Shown: positions 1 to 13,100 of the stretch, piece after piece
How the letters are laid out: the number at the start of each line of letters is the position of its first letter
Position numbering within the stretch: position 1 is the stretch's first letter
NCBI GenBank assembly: GCA_964016885.1
Contig: OZ024742.1
Coordinates: 162,564,001-162,628,000, forward strand
Length of the DNA: 64,000 bases
Origin: Eledone cirrhosa
Lineage: Eukaryota
Direction: 5' to 3'
Notes under the pieces: model-generated
What the model was told of the DNA's origin: nothing
Database searches by the model: none
Seen by the model: only the letters and a program-made list of their open reading frames with translations
Program-made: the position numbers and the translations under genes

Positions 1-3000
1 GTAACGGCACTCTCCTAACATAGGTAATGGCACTCTCCCAACATAGGTAACGGCCCCCCTCCTAACATAGGTAATGGCACTCTCCCAACATAGGTAATGG
101 CAGCCTCGTAACATAGGTAATGGCACCCTTCCAATATAGGTAATGGCATCCTCCTAACGTAGGTAACGGCACCCTCCTAACATAGGCAATAGCACTCTCC
201 CAACATAGGTAACGGCACTCTTCCAACATAGGTAACGGCACTCATCAATCATAGGTAATGGCACCCTCCTAACATAGGTAACGGCACCCTCCCAACATAG
301 GTAACGGCACGCTCCCAACATAGGCAACGGCACGCTCCCAACATAGGTAACGGCACCCTCCTAACATAGGTAACGTCAGCCTCCTAACATAGGTAACGGC
401 ACCCTTCCAACATAGGTAATGGCACCCTTCTAACATAAGTAACGGCACCCTCCCAACATAGGTAATGGCACTCTCCCAACATAGGTAACGGCACTCTCCT
501 AACATAGTTAACAGCACCCTCCTAACATAGGTAACGGCACCCTTCCAACATAGGTAATGGCACTCTCGTAACATAGCTAACGGCACTCTCCCAACATAGG
601 TAATGGCACTCTCACAACATAGTTAAGGGCACCCTTCGAACATAGGTAACGGCACCCACCCAACATAGGTAACGGCACCCTTACAACATAGGTAATGGCA
701 CCCTCCTAACATAGATAACGACACCCTCCCAACATAGGTAACGGCACCCTCCTAACATAGGTAATGGCATTCTCCCAACATAGGTAATGGCACCCTCCTA
801 ACATAGGTAAAGGCACACTTCCAATATAGGTAATCGCACCCTCCTAACATAGGTAACGGCACTCTCCTAACATATGAGACGGCACCCTTCCAACATAGGT
901 AATGGCACCCTCCTAATATGGGTAAAGGCACCCTTCCAATATAGGTAATGGCACCCTCCTAACATAGGTAACGGCACTCTCCTAACATAGGAAACGGCAC
1001 CCTTCCAACATAGGTAATGGCACCCTCCTAACATAGGTAACGGCACCCTCCCAACATAGGTAATGGTACTCTCCCAACATAGGTAATGGTACTCTCCCAA
1101 CATAGGTAACGGCACTCTCCTAACATAGGTAACGGCACCCTCTCTAACATAGGTAATGGGACTCTCCTAACATAGGTGACAGCACTCTTCCAACAAAGGT
1201 AACGGCACCCTTACAACACAGGGAATGGCACTCTCCTAACATAGGTAGCGACACCCTCCCACCATAGGTAATGGCACTCGCCCAACATAGGTAACGGCTC
1301 ACTTCCATCATAGGTAATGGCACCCTCCCAACATAGGTAACGGCACCCTCCTAACATAGGTAACGGCACCATCCCAACATAGTTAATAGCACTCTCCCAA
1401 CATAGGTAACTGCAGTCTCCCAACATAGGTAACGGCACCCTCCCAACATAGGTAACGGCACTCTACTAACATAGGTAACTGCACCCTCCTAACAGAGGTA
1501 ACGGCACCCTTCCAACATAGGTAATGGCACCCTCCTAACATAGGTAACGGCACCCTCCCAACATAGGTAACGGCACCCTTCCACCATAGGTAACGGCACT
1601 CTCCCAACATGTTTAATGGCAGCCTCCTTACATAGGTAACGGCACTCTTCCAATATAGGTAATGGCACCCTCCTAACCTAGGTAACGGCACCCTCCCAAC
1701 ATAGGTAATGGCACTCTCCCAACATAGGTAACGGCACCCTCCTAAAGTAGGTAACGGAACCCTTCTAACATAGGTAATGGCACCCTCATAATATAGGTAA
1801 CGGCACCCTCCCAACATAGATAATGGGACTCTCCCAACATAGGTAACGGCACCCTCCCAACAGAGGTAACGGCACCCTCACAACATAGGTAACGGCATTC
1901 TCCTAACATAGGTAATGGCACCCTCCTAACATAGGTAATGGCACCCTCCCAACATAGGTAACGCCACTCTCCTAACATAGATAACGGCACCCTCCTAAAA
2001 TAGGTAACGGCACCCTTCCAACATAGGTAATGGCACCCTCCTAACATAGGTAACGGCACCCTCCCAACATAGGTAACGGCACTCTCCCAACATAGGTAAC
2101 GGCACCCTCCCAACAGAGGTAACGGCACCCTCCCAACATAGGTAACGGCATTCTCGTAACATAGGTAATGGCACCCTCCTAACATAGGTAATGGCACCCT
2201 CCTAACATAGGTAATGGCACCCTCCCAACATAGGTAACGGCACTCTCCTAACATAGATAACGGCACCTTCTTAAAATAGGTAACGGCACCCTTCCAACAT
2301 AGGTAAGGGCACCCTCCTAACATAGGTAACGGCACCCTCCCAACATAGGTAACGGCACTCTCCCAACATAGGTGACGGCACCCTCTCAACATAGGTAACG
2401 GCACCCTCCTAACATAGGTAATGGCACTCTCCCAACATAGGTAATGGCATCCTTCTAACATAGTAATGGTACTTTCGCAACATAGGTAACGGCAACCTTC
2501 CAACATAGGTAATGGCACCCTCCTAACATATGTAATGGTACTCTCCCAACATAGGTAACGGCACTCTCCTAACATAGATAACGGCACCCTCTTAAAATAG
2601 GTAACGGCACCCTTCCAACATAGGTAATGGCACCCTCGTAACATAGCTAACTGCACTCTCCCAACATAGGTAATGGCATTCTCCCAACATAGGTACCGGC
2701 ACCCTCCCAACATAGGTAACGGCACCCTTCTAACATAGGTAACGGCACCCACCCAATATAGGTAACGGCACCCTTACAACATAAGTAATGGCACCCTCCT
2801 AACATAGGTAACGGCACCCTCCCAACATAGGTAACGGCACTCTCCCAACATAGGTAACGGCACCCTCCCAACATAGGTAACGGCACCCTCCTAACATAGG
2901 TAATGGCACTCTCCCAACATAGGTAATGTCACCCTCCTAACATAGGTAATGACACCCTTCCAATATAGGTAATGGAATCCTCCTAACGTAGGTAATGGCA

Positions 3001-4063
3001 CTCTCCCAACATAGGTAACGCCCCCCTCCTAACATAGGTAATGGCACTCTCCCAACATAGATAATGGCAGCCTCCTAACATAGGTAATGGCACACTTCCA
3101 ATATAGGTAATGGCATCCTCCTAACGTAGGTAACGGCACCCTCCTAACATAGGTAATGGCACTCTCCCAACATAGGTAACGGCACTCTTCCAACATAGGT
3201 AACGGCACTCATCAATCATAGGTAATGGCACCCTCCTAACATAGGTAACGGCACCCTCCCAACATAGGTAACGGCACGCTCCCAACATAGGCAACGGCAC
3301 GCTCCCAACATAGGTAACGGCACCCTCCTAACATAGGTAACGTCAGCCTCCTAACATAGGTAACGGCACCCTTCCAACATAGGTAATGGCACCCTTCTAA
3401 CATAAGTAACGGCACCCTCCCAACATAGGTAATGGCACTCGCCCAACATAGGTAACGGTACTCTCCTAACATAGGTAACAGCACCCTCCTAACATAGGTA
3501 ACGGCACCCTTCCAACATAGGTAATGGCACTCTCGTAACATAGCTAACGGCACTCTCCCAACATAGGTAATGGCACTCTCACAATATAGTTAAGGGCACC
3601 CTTCTAACATAGGTAACGGCACCCACCCAACATTGGTAACGGCACCCTTACAACATAGGTAATGGCACCCTCCTAACATAGGTAACGGCACCCTCCCAAC
3701 ATAGGTAACGGCACCCTCCTAACATAGGTAATGGCATTCTCCCAACATAGGTAATGGCACCCTCCTAACATAGGTAAAGGCACCCTTCCAATATAGGTAA
3801 TGGCACCCTCCTAACATAGGTAACGGCACCCTCCCAACATAGGTAATGGTACTCTCCCAACATAGGTAATGGTACTCTCCCAACATAGGTAACGGCACAC
3901 TCCTAACATAGGTAACGGCACCCTCTCTAACATAGGTAATGGGACTCTCCTAACATAGGTGACAGCACTCTTCCAACAAAGGTAACGGCACCCTTACAAC
4001 ACAGGGAATGGCACTCTCCTAACATAGGTAGCGGCACCCTCCCACCATAGGTAACGGCACTCT

Positions 4064-7000
4064 CCCAACATAGGTAACGGCACCCACCTAACATAGGTAA
4101 CGGCACCCTCCCAACATAGTTAATAGCACTCTCCCAACATAGGTAACTGCAGTCTCCCAACATAGGTAACGGCACCCTCCCAACATAGGTAACGGCACTC
4201 TACTAACATAGGTAACTGCACCCTCCTAACAGAGGTAACGGCACCCTTCCAACATAGGTAATAGCACCCTCCTAACATAGGTAACGGCACCCTCCCAACA
4301 TAGGTAACGGCACCCTCCCACCATAGGTAACGGCACTCTCCCAACATGGTTAATGGCAGCCTCCCTACATAGGTAACGGCACTCTTCCAATATAGGTAAT
4401 GGCACCCTCCTAACCTAGGTAACGGCACCCTCCCAACATAGGTAATGACACTCTCCCAACATAGGTAACGGCACCCTCCTAACGTAGGTAACGGAACCCT
4501 TCTAACATAGGTAATGGCACCCTCATAATATAGGTAACGGCACCCTCCCAAAATAGGTAATGGCACTCTCCCAACATAGGTAACGGCACCCTCCCAACAG
4601 AGGTAACGGCACCCTCCCAACATAGGTAACGGCATTCTCCTAACATAGGTAATGGCACCCTCCTAACATAGGTATTGGCACCCTCCTAACATAGGTAATG
4701 GCACCCTCCCAACATAGGTAACGCCACTCTCCTAACATAGATAACGGCACCCTCCTAAAATAGGAAACGGCACCCTTCCAACATAGGTAATGGCACCCTC
4801 CTAACATAGGTAACGGCACCCTCCCAACATAGGTAACGGCACTCTCCCAACATAGGTAACGGCACCCTCCCAACATAGGTAACGGCACCCTCCTAACATA
4901 GGTAATGGCACTCTCCCAACATAGGTAATGGCACCCTCCTAACATAGGTAATGGCACCCTTCCAATATAGGTAATGGCATCCTCCTAACGTAGGTAATGG
5001 TACTCTCCCAACATAGATAACGGCACCCTCTTAAAATTTGTAACGGCACCCTTCCAACATAGGTAAAGGCACCCTCGTAACATAGCTAACTGCACTCTCC
5101 CAACATAGGTAATGGCATTCTCCCAACATAGGTAACGGCACCCTCCCAACATAGGTAACGCCACCCTTCTAACATAGTTAACGGCACCCACCCAACATAG
5201 GTAACGGCACTCTCCCATCATGGTTAATGGCACCCTCCTTACATAGGTAACGGCACCCTTCCAACATAGGTAATGGCACCCTCCTAACATAGGTAACGGC
5301 ACCCTCCCAACATAGGTAATGGTACTCTCCCAACATAGGTAATGGTACTCTCCCAACATAGGTAACGGCACTCTCCTAACATAGGTAACGGCACCCTCTC
5401 TAACATAGGTAATGGGACTCTCCTAACATAGGTGACAGCACTCTTCCAACAAAGTTAACGGCACCCTTACAACACAGGGAATGGCATTCTCCTAACATAG
5501 GTAGCGGCACCCTCCCACCATAGGTAATGGCAGTCTCCCAACATAGGTAACGGCTCACTTCCATCATAGGTAATGGCACCCTCCTAACATAGGTAACGGC
5601 ACCCTCCCAACATAGTTAATAGCACTCTCCCAACATAGGTAACTGCAGTCTCCCAACATAGGTAACGGCACCCTCCCAACATAGGTAACGGCACTCTACT
5701 AACATAGGTAACTGCACCCTCCTAACAGAGGTAACGGCACCCTTCCAACATAGGTAATGGCACTCTCCTAACGTAGGTAACGGCACCCTCCCAACATAGG
5801 TAACGGCACCCTCCTAACGTAGGTAACGGAACCCTTCTAACATAGGTAATGGCACACTCATAATATAGGTAACGGCACCCTCCCAACATAGGTAATGGCA
5901 CTATCCCAACCTAGGTAACGGCACCCTCCCAAAAGAGGTAACGGCACCCTCCCAACATAGGTAACGGCATTCTCCTAACATAGGTAATGGCACCCTCCTA
6001 ACATAGGTAATGGCACCCTCCCAACATAGGTAACGGCACTCTCCTAACATAGATAACGGCAGCCTCCTAAAATAGTTAACGGCACCCTTCCAACATAGGT
6101 AATGACACCCTCGTAACATAGCTAACGGCACTCTCCCAACATAGGTAATGGCACTCTCCCAACATAGGTAACGGCACCCTCCCAACATAGGTAACGGCAC
6201 CCTTCTAACATAGGTAACGGCACGCACCCAACATAGGTAACGGCACCATTACAACATAGGTAATGGTACCCTCCTAACATAGGTAACGTCACCTTCCCAA
6301 CATAGGTAACGGCACTCTCCCAACATAGATAACGGCACCCTCCCAGCATAGGTAACAGCACCCTCCTAACATAGGTAATGGCACTCTCCCAACATAGGTA
6401 ATGGCACCCTCCTAACATAGGTAATGGCACCCTCCTGACATAGGTAACGGCACCTTCCCAACATAAGTAACGGCACCCTCCTAACATAGGTCATGGCATC
6501 TTCCAACATAGGTAAAGGCACCCTCCCAACATAGGTAACGGCACTCTCCTAACATAGGTAACGGCACCCTCTCTAACATAGGTAATGGGACTCTCCTAAC
6601 ATAGGTGACAGCACTCTTCCAACAAAGGTAACGGCACCCTTACAACACAGGGAATGGCACTCTCCTAACATAGGTAGCGGCATCCTCCCACCATAGGTAA
6701 TGGCACTCTCCCAACATAGGTAACGGCTCACTTCCAACATAGGTAATGGCACCCTCCTAACATAGGTAACGGCACCCTCCCAACATAGGTAATGGTACTC
6801 TCCCAACATAGGTAACGGCACTCTCCTAACATAGATAATGGCACTCTCCAATCATAGGTAACGGCACTCTCCCAACATAGGTAACGGCTCCCTTCCATCA
6901 TAGGTAATGGCACCCTCCCAACATAGGTAACGGCACCCTCCTAACATAGGTAACGGCACCCTCCCAACATAGTTAATGGCACTCTCCCAACTTAGATAAC

Positions 7001-10000
7001 TGCAGTCTCCCAACATAGGTAACGGCACCCTCCCAACATAGGTAACGGCACCCTCCTAACATAGGTAATGGCACTCTCCCAACATGGTTAATGGCACCCT
7101 CCTTACATAGGTAACGGCACTCTTCCAATATAGGTAATGGCACCCTCCTAACCTAGGTAACGGCACCCTCCCAACATAGGTAATGGCACTCTCCCAACAT
7201 AGGTAACGGCACCCTCCTAACGTAGGTAACGGAACCCTTCCAACATAGGTAACGGCACTCTCCCAACATAGGTAACGGCACCCTCCCAACATAGGTAACG
7301 GCACCCTCCTAACATAGGTAATGGCACTCTCCCAACATAGGTAATGGCACCCTCCTAACATAGGTAATGGCACCCTTCCAATATAGGTAATGGCATCCTC
7401 CTAACGTAGGTAATGGTACTTTCCCAACATAGGTAACGGCACTCTCCTCGCATAGATTATGGCACTCTCCCAACATAGGTAACGGCACCCTCCTAACATA
7501 GGTAATGGCACTCTCCCAACATACGTAACGGCACCTTCCTAACATAGGTACGGCACCCTCCTAACATAGCTAATGGCACTCTCCCGGCATATGTAACGGC
7601 ACCCTCCTAACATAGGTAACGGCACCCTTCCAACATAGGTAATGGCACTCTCCCAACATAGGTAACGGCACTCTTCCATCATAGGTAACGGCACCCTTCC
7701 ATCATAGGTAATGGCAGCCTCCTAACATAGGTAATGGCAGCCTACTAACATAGATAACGGCACTGTTCCAACATAGGTAATGGCACCCTTCTAACATAAG
7801 TAACGGCACCCTACCAACATAGGTAATGGCACTCTCCCAACATAGGTAACGGTACTCTCCTAACGTAGGTAACAACACCTTCCTAACATAGGTAACGGCA
7901 CCCTCCCAAAATAGGTAATGGCTCCCTCGTAACACAGGTAACGGCACTCTCCCAACATAGGTAATGGCACTCTCACAACATAGGTAACGGCACCCTTCTA
8001 ACATAGGTAACGGCACCCACCCAACATAGGTAACGGCACCCTTACAACATAGGTAATGGCACCCTCCTAACATAGGTAACGTGACCCTCCCAACATAGGA
8101 AACGGCACCCTCCTAACATAGGTAATGGCATTCTCCCAACATGGGTAATGGCACCCTCCTAACATTGGTAACGGCACCCTCCCAACATAGGTAATGGTAC
8201 TCTCCCAACATAGGTAACGTCACTCTCCTAACATAGGTAACGGCACCCTCTCTACCATAGGTAATGGGACTCTCCTAACATAAGTAACGGCACCCTCCCA
8301 ACATATGTAACGGCACCCTTCCAACATAGGTAATGGCACCCTCCTAACATAGGTAACGACACCCCCCAACATAGGTTACGGCACTTTCCCAACATAGGTA
8401 ACGGCACCCTCCCAACATAGGTAACGTCACCCTCCTAACATAGGTAATGGCACTCTCCCAACATAGATAACGTTATTCTCCTAACATATGTGACGGCACC
8501 CTCCTAACATAGGTAACGGGACCCTTCCAACATAGGTAACGGCACCCTTCTAACATAGGTAACGGCACCCACCCAACATAGGTAACGGCACCCACCTAAC
8601 ATAGGTAACGGCACCCTCCCAACATAGTTAATAGCACTCTCCCAACATAGGTAACTGCAGTCTCCCAACATAGGTAACGGCACCCTCCCAACATAGGTAA
8701 CGGCACTCTACTAACATAGGTAACTGCACCCTCCTAACAGAGGTAACGGCACCCTTCCAACATAGGTAATAGCACCCTCCTAACATAGGTAACGGCACCC
8801 TCCCAACATAGGTAACGGCACCCTCCCACCATAGGTAACGGCACTCTCCCAACATGGTTAATGGCAGCCTCCCTACATAGGTAACGGCACTCTTCCAATA
8901 TAGGTAATGGCACCCTCCTAACCTAGGTAACGGCACCCTCCCAACATAGGTAATGACACTCTCCCAACATAGGTAACGGCACCCTCCTAACGTAGGTAAC
9001 GGAACCCTTCTAACATAGGTAATGGCACCCTCATAATATAGGTAACGGCACCCTCCCAAAATAGGTAATGGCACTCTCCCAACATAGGTAACGGCACCCT
9101 CCCAACAGAGGTAACGGCACCCTCCCAACATAGGTAACGGCATTCTCCTAACATAGGTAATGGCACCCTCCTAACATAGGTATTGGCACCCTCCTAACAT
9201 AGGTAATGGCACCCTCCCAACATAGGTAACGCCACTCTCCTAACATAGATAACGGCACCCTCCTAAAATAGGAAACGGCACCCTTCCAACATAGGTAATG
9301 GCACCCTCCTAACATAGGTAACGGCACCCTCCCAACATAGGTAACGGCACTCTCCCAACATAGGTAACGGCACCCTCCCAACATAGGTAACGGCACCCTC
9401 CTAACATAGGTAATGGCACTCTCCCAACATAGGTAATGGCACCCTCCTAACATAGGTAATGGCACCCTTCCAATATAGGTAATGGCATCCTCCTAACGTA
9501 GGTAATGGTACTCTCCCAACATAGATAACGGCACCCTCTTAAAATTTGTAACGGCACCCTTCCAACATAGGTAAAGGCACCCTCGTAACATAGCTAACTG
9601 CACTCTCCCAACATAGGTAATGGCATTCTCCCAACATAGGTAACGGCACCCTCCCAACATAGGTAACGCCACCCTTCTAACATAGTTAACGGCACCCACC
9701 CAACATAGGTAACGGCACTCTCCCATCATGGTTAATGGCACCCTCCTTACATAGGTAACGGCACCCTTCCAACATAGGTAATGGCACCCTCCTAACATAG
9801 GTAACGGCACCCTCCCAACATAGGTAATGGTACTCTCCCAACATAGGTAATGGTACTCTCCCAACATAGGTAACGGCACTCTCCTAACATAGGTAACGGC
9901 ACCCTCTCTAACATAGGTAATGGGACTCTCCTAACATAGGTGACAGCACTCTTCCAACAAAGTTAACGGCACCCTTACAACACAGGGAATGGCATTCTCC

Positions 10001-13000
10001 TAACATAGGTAGCGGCACCCTCCCACCATAGGTAATGGCAGTCTCCCAACATAGGTAACGGCTCACTTCCATCATAGGTAATGGCACCCTCCTAACATAG
10101 GTAACGGCACCCTCCCAACATAGTTAATAGCACTCTCCCAACATAGGTAACTGCAGTCTCCCAACATAGGTAACGGCACCCTCCCAACATAGGTAACGGC
10201 ACTCTACTAACATAGGTAACTGCACCCTCCTAACAGAGGTAACGGCACCCTTCCAACATAGGTAATGGCACTCTCCTAACGTAGGTAACGGCACCCTCCC
10301 AACATAGGTAACGGCACCCTCCTAACGTAGGTAACGGAACCCTTCTAACATAGGTAATGGCACACTCATAATATAGGTAACGGCACCCTCCCAACATAGG
10401 TAATGGCACTATCCCAACCTAGGTAACGGCACCCTCCCAAAAGAGGTAACGGCACCCTCCCAACATAGGTAACGGCATTCTCCTAACATAGGTAATGGCA
10501 CCCTCCTAACATAGGTAATGGCACCCTCCCAACATAGGTAACGGCACTCTCCTAACATAGATAACGGCAGCCTCCTAAAATAGTTAACGGCACCCTTCCA
10601 ACATAGGTAATGACACCCTCGTAACATAGCTAACGGCACTCTCCCAACATAGGTAATGGCACTCTCCCAACATAGGTAACGGCACCCTCCCAACATAGGT
10701 AACGGCACCCTTCTAACATAGGTAACGGCACGCACCCAACATAGGTAACGGCACCATTACAACATAGGTAATGGTACCCTCCTAACATAGGTAACGTCAC
10801 CCTCCCAACATAGGTAACGGCACTCTCCCAACATAGATAACGGCACCCTCCCAGCATAGGTAACAGCACCCTCCTAACATAGGTAATGGCACTCTCCCAA
10901 CATAGGTAATGGCACCCTCCTAACATAGGTAATGGCACCCTCCTGACATAGGTAACGGCACCTTCCCAACATAAGTAACGGCACCCTCCTAACATAGGTC
11001 ATGGCATCTTCCAACATAGGTAAAGGCACCCTCCCAACATAGGTAACGGCACTCTCCTAACATAGGTAACGGCACCCTCTCTAACATAGGTAATGGGACT
11101 CTCCTAACATAGGTGACAGCACTCTTCCAACAAAGGTAACGGCACCCTTACAACACAGGGAATGGCACTCTCCTAACATAGGTAGCGGCATCCTCCCACC
11201 ATAGGTAATGGCACTCTCCCAACATAGGTAACGGCTCACTTCCAACATAGGTAATGGCACCCTCCTAACATAGGTAACGGCACCCTCCCAACATAGGTAA
11301 TGGTACTCTCCCAACATAGGTAACGGCACTCTCCTAACATAGATAATGGCACTCTCCAATCATAGGTAACGGCACTCTCCCAACATAGGTAACGGCTCCC
11401 TTCCATCATAGGTAATGGCACCCTCCCAACATAGGTAACGGCACCCTCCTAACATAGGTAACGGCACCCTCCCAACATAGTTAATGGCACTCTCCCAACT
11501 TAGATAACTGCAGTCTCCCAACATAGGTAACGGCACCCTCCCAACATAGGTAACGGCACCCTCCTAACATAGGTAATGGCACTCTCCCAACATGGTTAAT
11601 GGCACCCTCCTTACATAGGTAACGGCACTCTTCCAATATAGGTAATGGCACCCTCCTAACCTAGGTAACGGCACCCTCCCAACATAGGTAATGGCACTCT
11701 CCCAACATAGGTAACGGCACCCTCCTAACGTAGGTAACGGAACCCTTCCAACATAGGTAACGGCACTCTCCCAACATAGGTAACGGCACCCTCCCAACAT
11801 AGGTAACGGCACCCTCCTAACATAGGTAATGGCACTCTCCCAACATAGGTAATGGCACCCTCCTAACATAGGTAATGGCACCCTTCCAATATAGGTAATG
11901 GCATCCTCCTAACGTAGGTAATGGTACTTTCCCAACATAGGTAACGGCACTCTCCTCGCATAGATTATGGCACTCTCCCAACATAGGTAACGGCACCCTC
12001 CTAACATAGGTAATGGCACTCTCCCAACATACGTAACGGCACCTTCCTAACATAGGTACGGCACCCTCCTAACATAGCTAATGGCACTCTCCCGGCATAT
12101 GTAACGGCACCCTCCTAACATAGGTAACGGCACCCTTCCAACATAGGTAATGGCACTCTCCCAACATAGGTAACGGCACTCTTCCATCATAGGTAACGGC
12201 ACCCTTCCATCATAGGTAATGGCAGCCTCCTAACATAGGTAATGGCAGCCTACTAACATAGATAACGGCACTGTTCCAACATAGGTAATGGCACCCTTCT
12301 AACATAAGTAACGGCACCCTACCAACATAGGTAATGGCACTCTCCCAACATAGGTAACGGTACTCTCCTAACGTAGGTAACAACACCTTCCTAACATAGG
12401 TAACGGCACCCTCCCAAAATAGGTAATGGCTCCCTCGTAACACAGGTAACGGCACTCTCCCAACATAGGTAATGGCACTCTCACAACATAGGTAACGGCA
12501 CCCTTCTAACATAGGTAACGGCACCCACCCAACATAGGTAACGGCACCCTTACAACATAGGTAATGGCACCCTCCTAACATAGGTAACGTGACCCTCCCA
12601 ACATAGGAAACGGCACCCTCCTAACATAGGTAATGGCATTCTCCCAACATGGGTAATGGCACCCTCCTAACATTGGTAACGGCACCCTCCCAACATAGGT
12701 AATGGTACTCTCCCAACATAGGTAACGTCACTCTCCTAACATAGGTAACGGCACCCTCTCTACCATAGGTAATGGGACTCTCCTAACATAAGTAACGGCA
12801 CCCTCCCAACATATGTAACGGCACCCTTCCAACATAGGTAATGGCACCCTCCTAACATAGGTAACGACACCCCCCAACATAGGTTACGGCACTTTCCCAA
12901 CATAGGTAACGGCACCCTCCCAACATAGGTAACGTCACCCTCCTAACATAGGTAATGGCACTCTCCCAACATAGATAACGTTATTCTCCTAACATATGTG

Positions 13001-13100
13001 ACGGCACCCTCCTAACATAGGTAACGGGACCCTTCCAACATAGGTAACGGCACCCTTCTAACATAGGTAACGGCACCCACCCAACATAGGTAACGGCACC
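4064..13100. repeat. Tandem duplication of a 4508-bp unit (196 monomers) within Sat-A; copies about 4064-8571 and 8572-13100
   Basis: Ten ORF pairs are offset by exactly 4508 (4120/8628, 4640/9148, 4985/9493, 5901/10409, 6122/10630, 6573/11081, 6728/11236, 7056/11564, 7309/11817, 7702/12210). Rare variants are shared, e.g. CTCCTCGCATAGATTAT at about 7444 and 11952. Confidence 0.95.
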
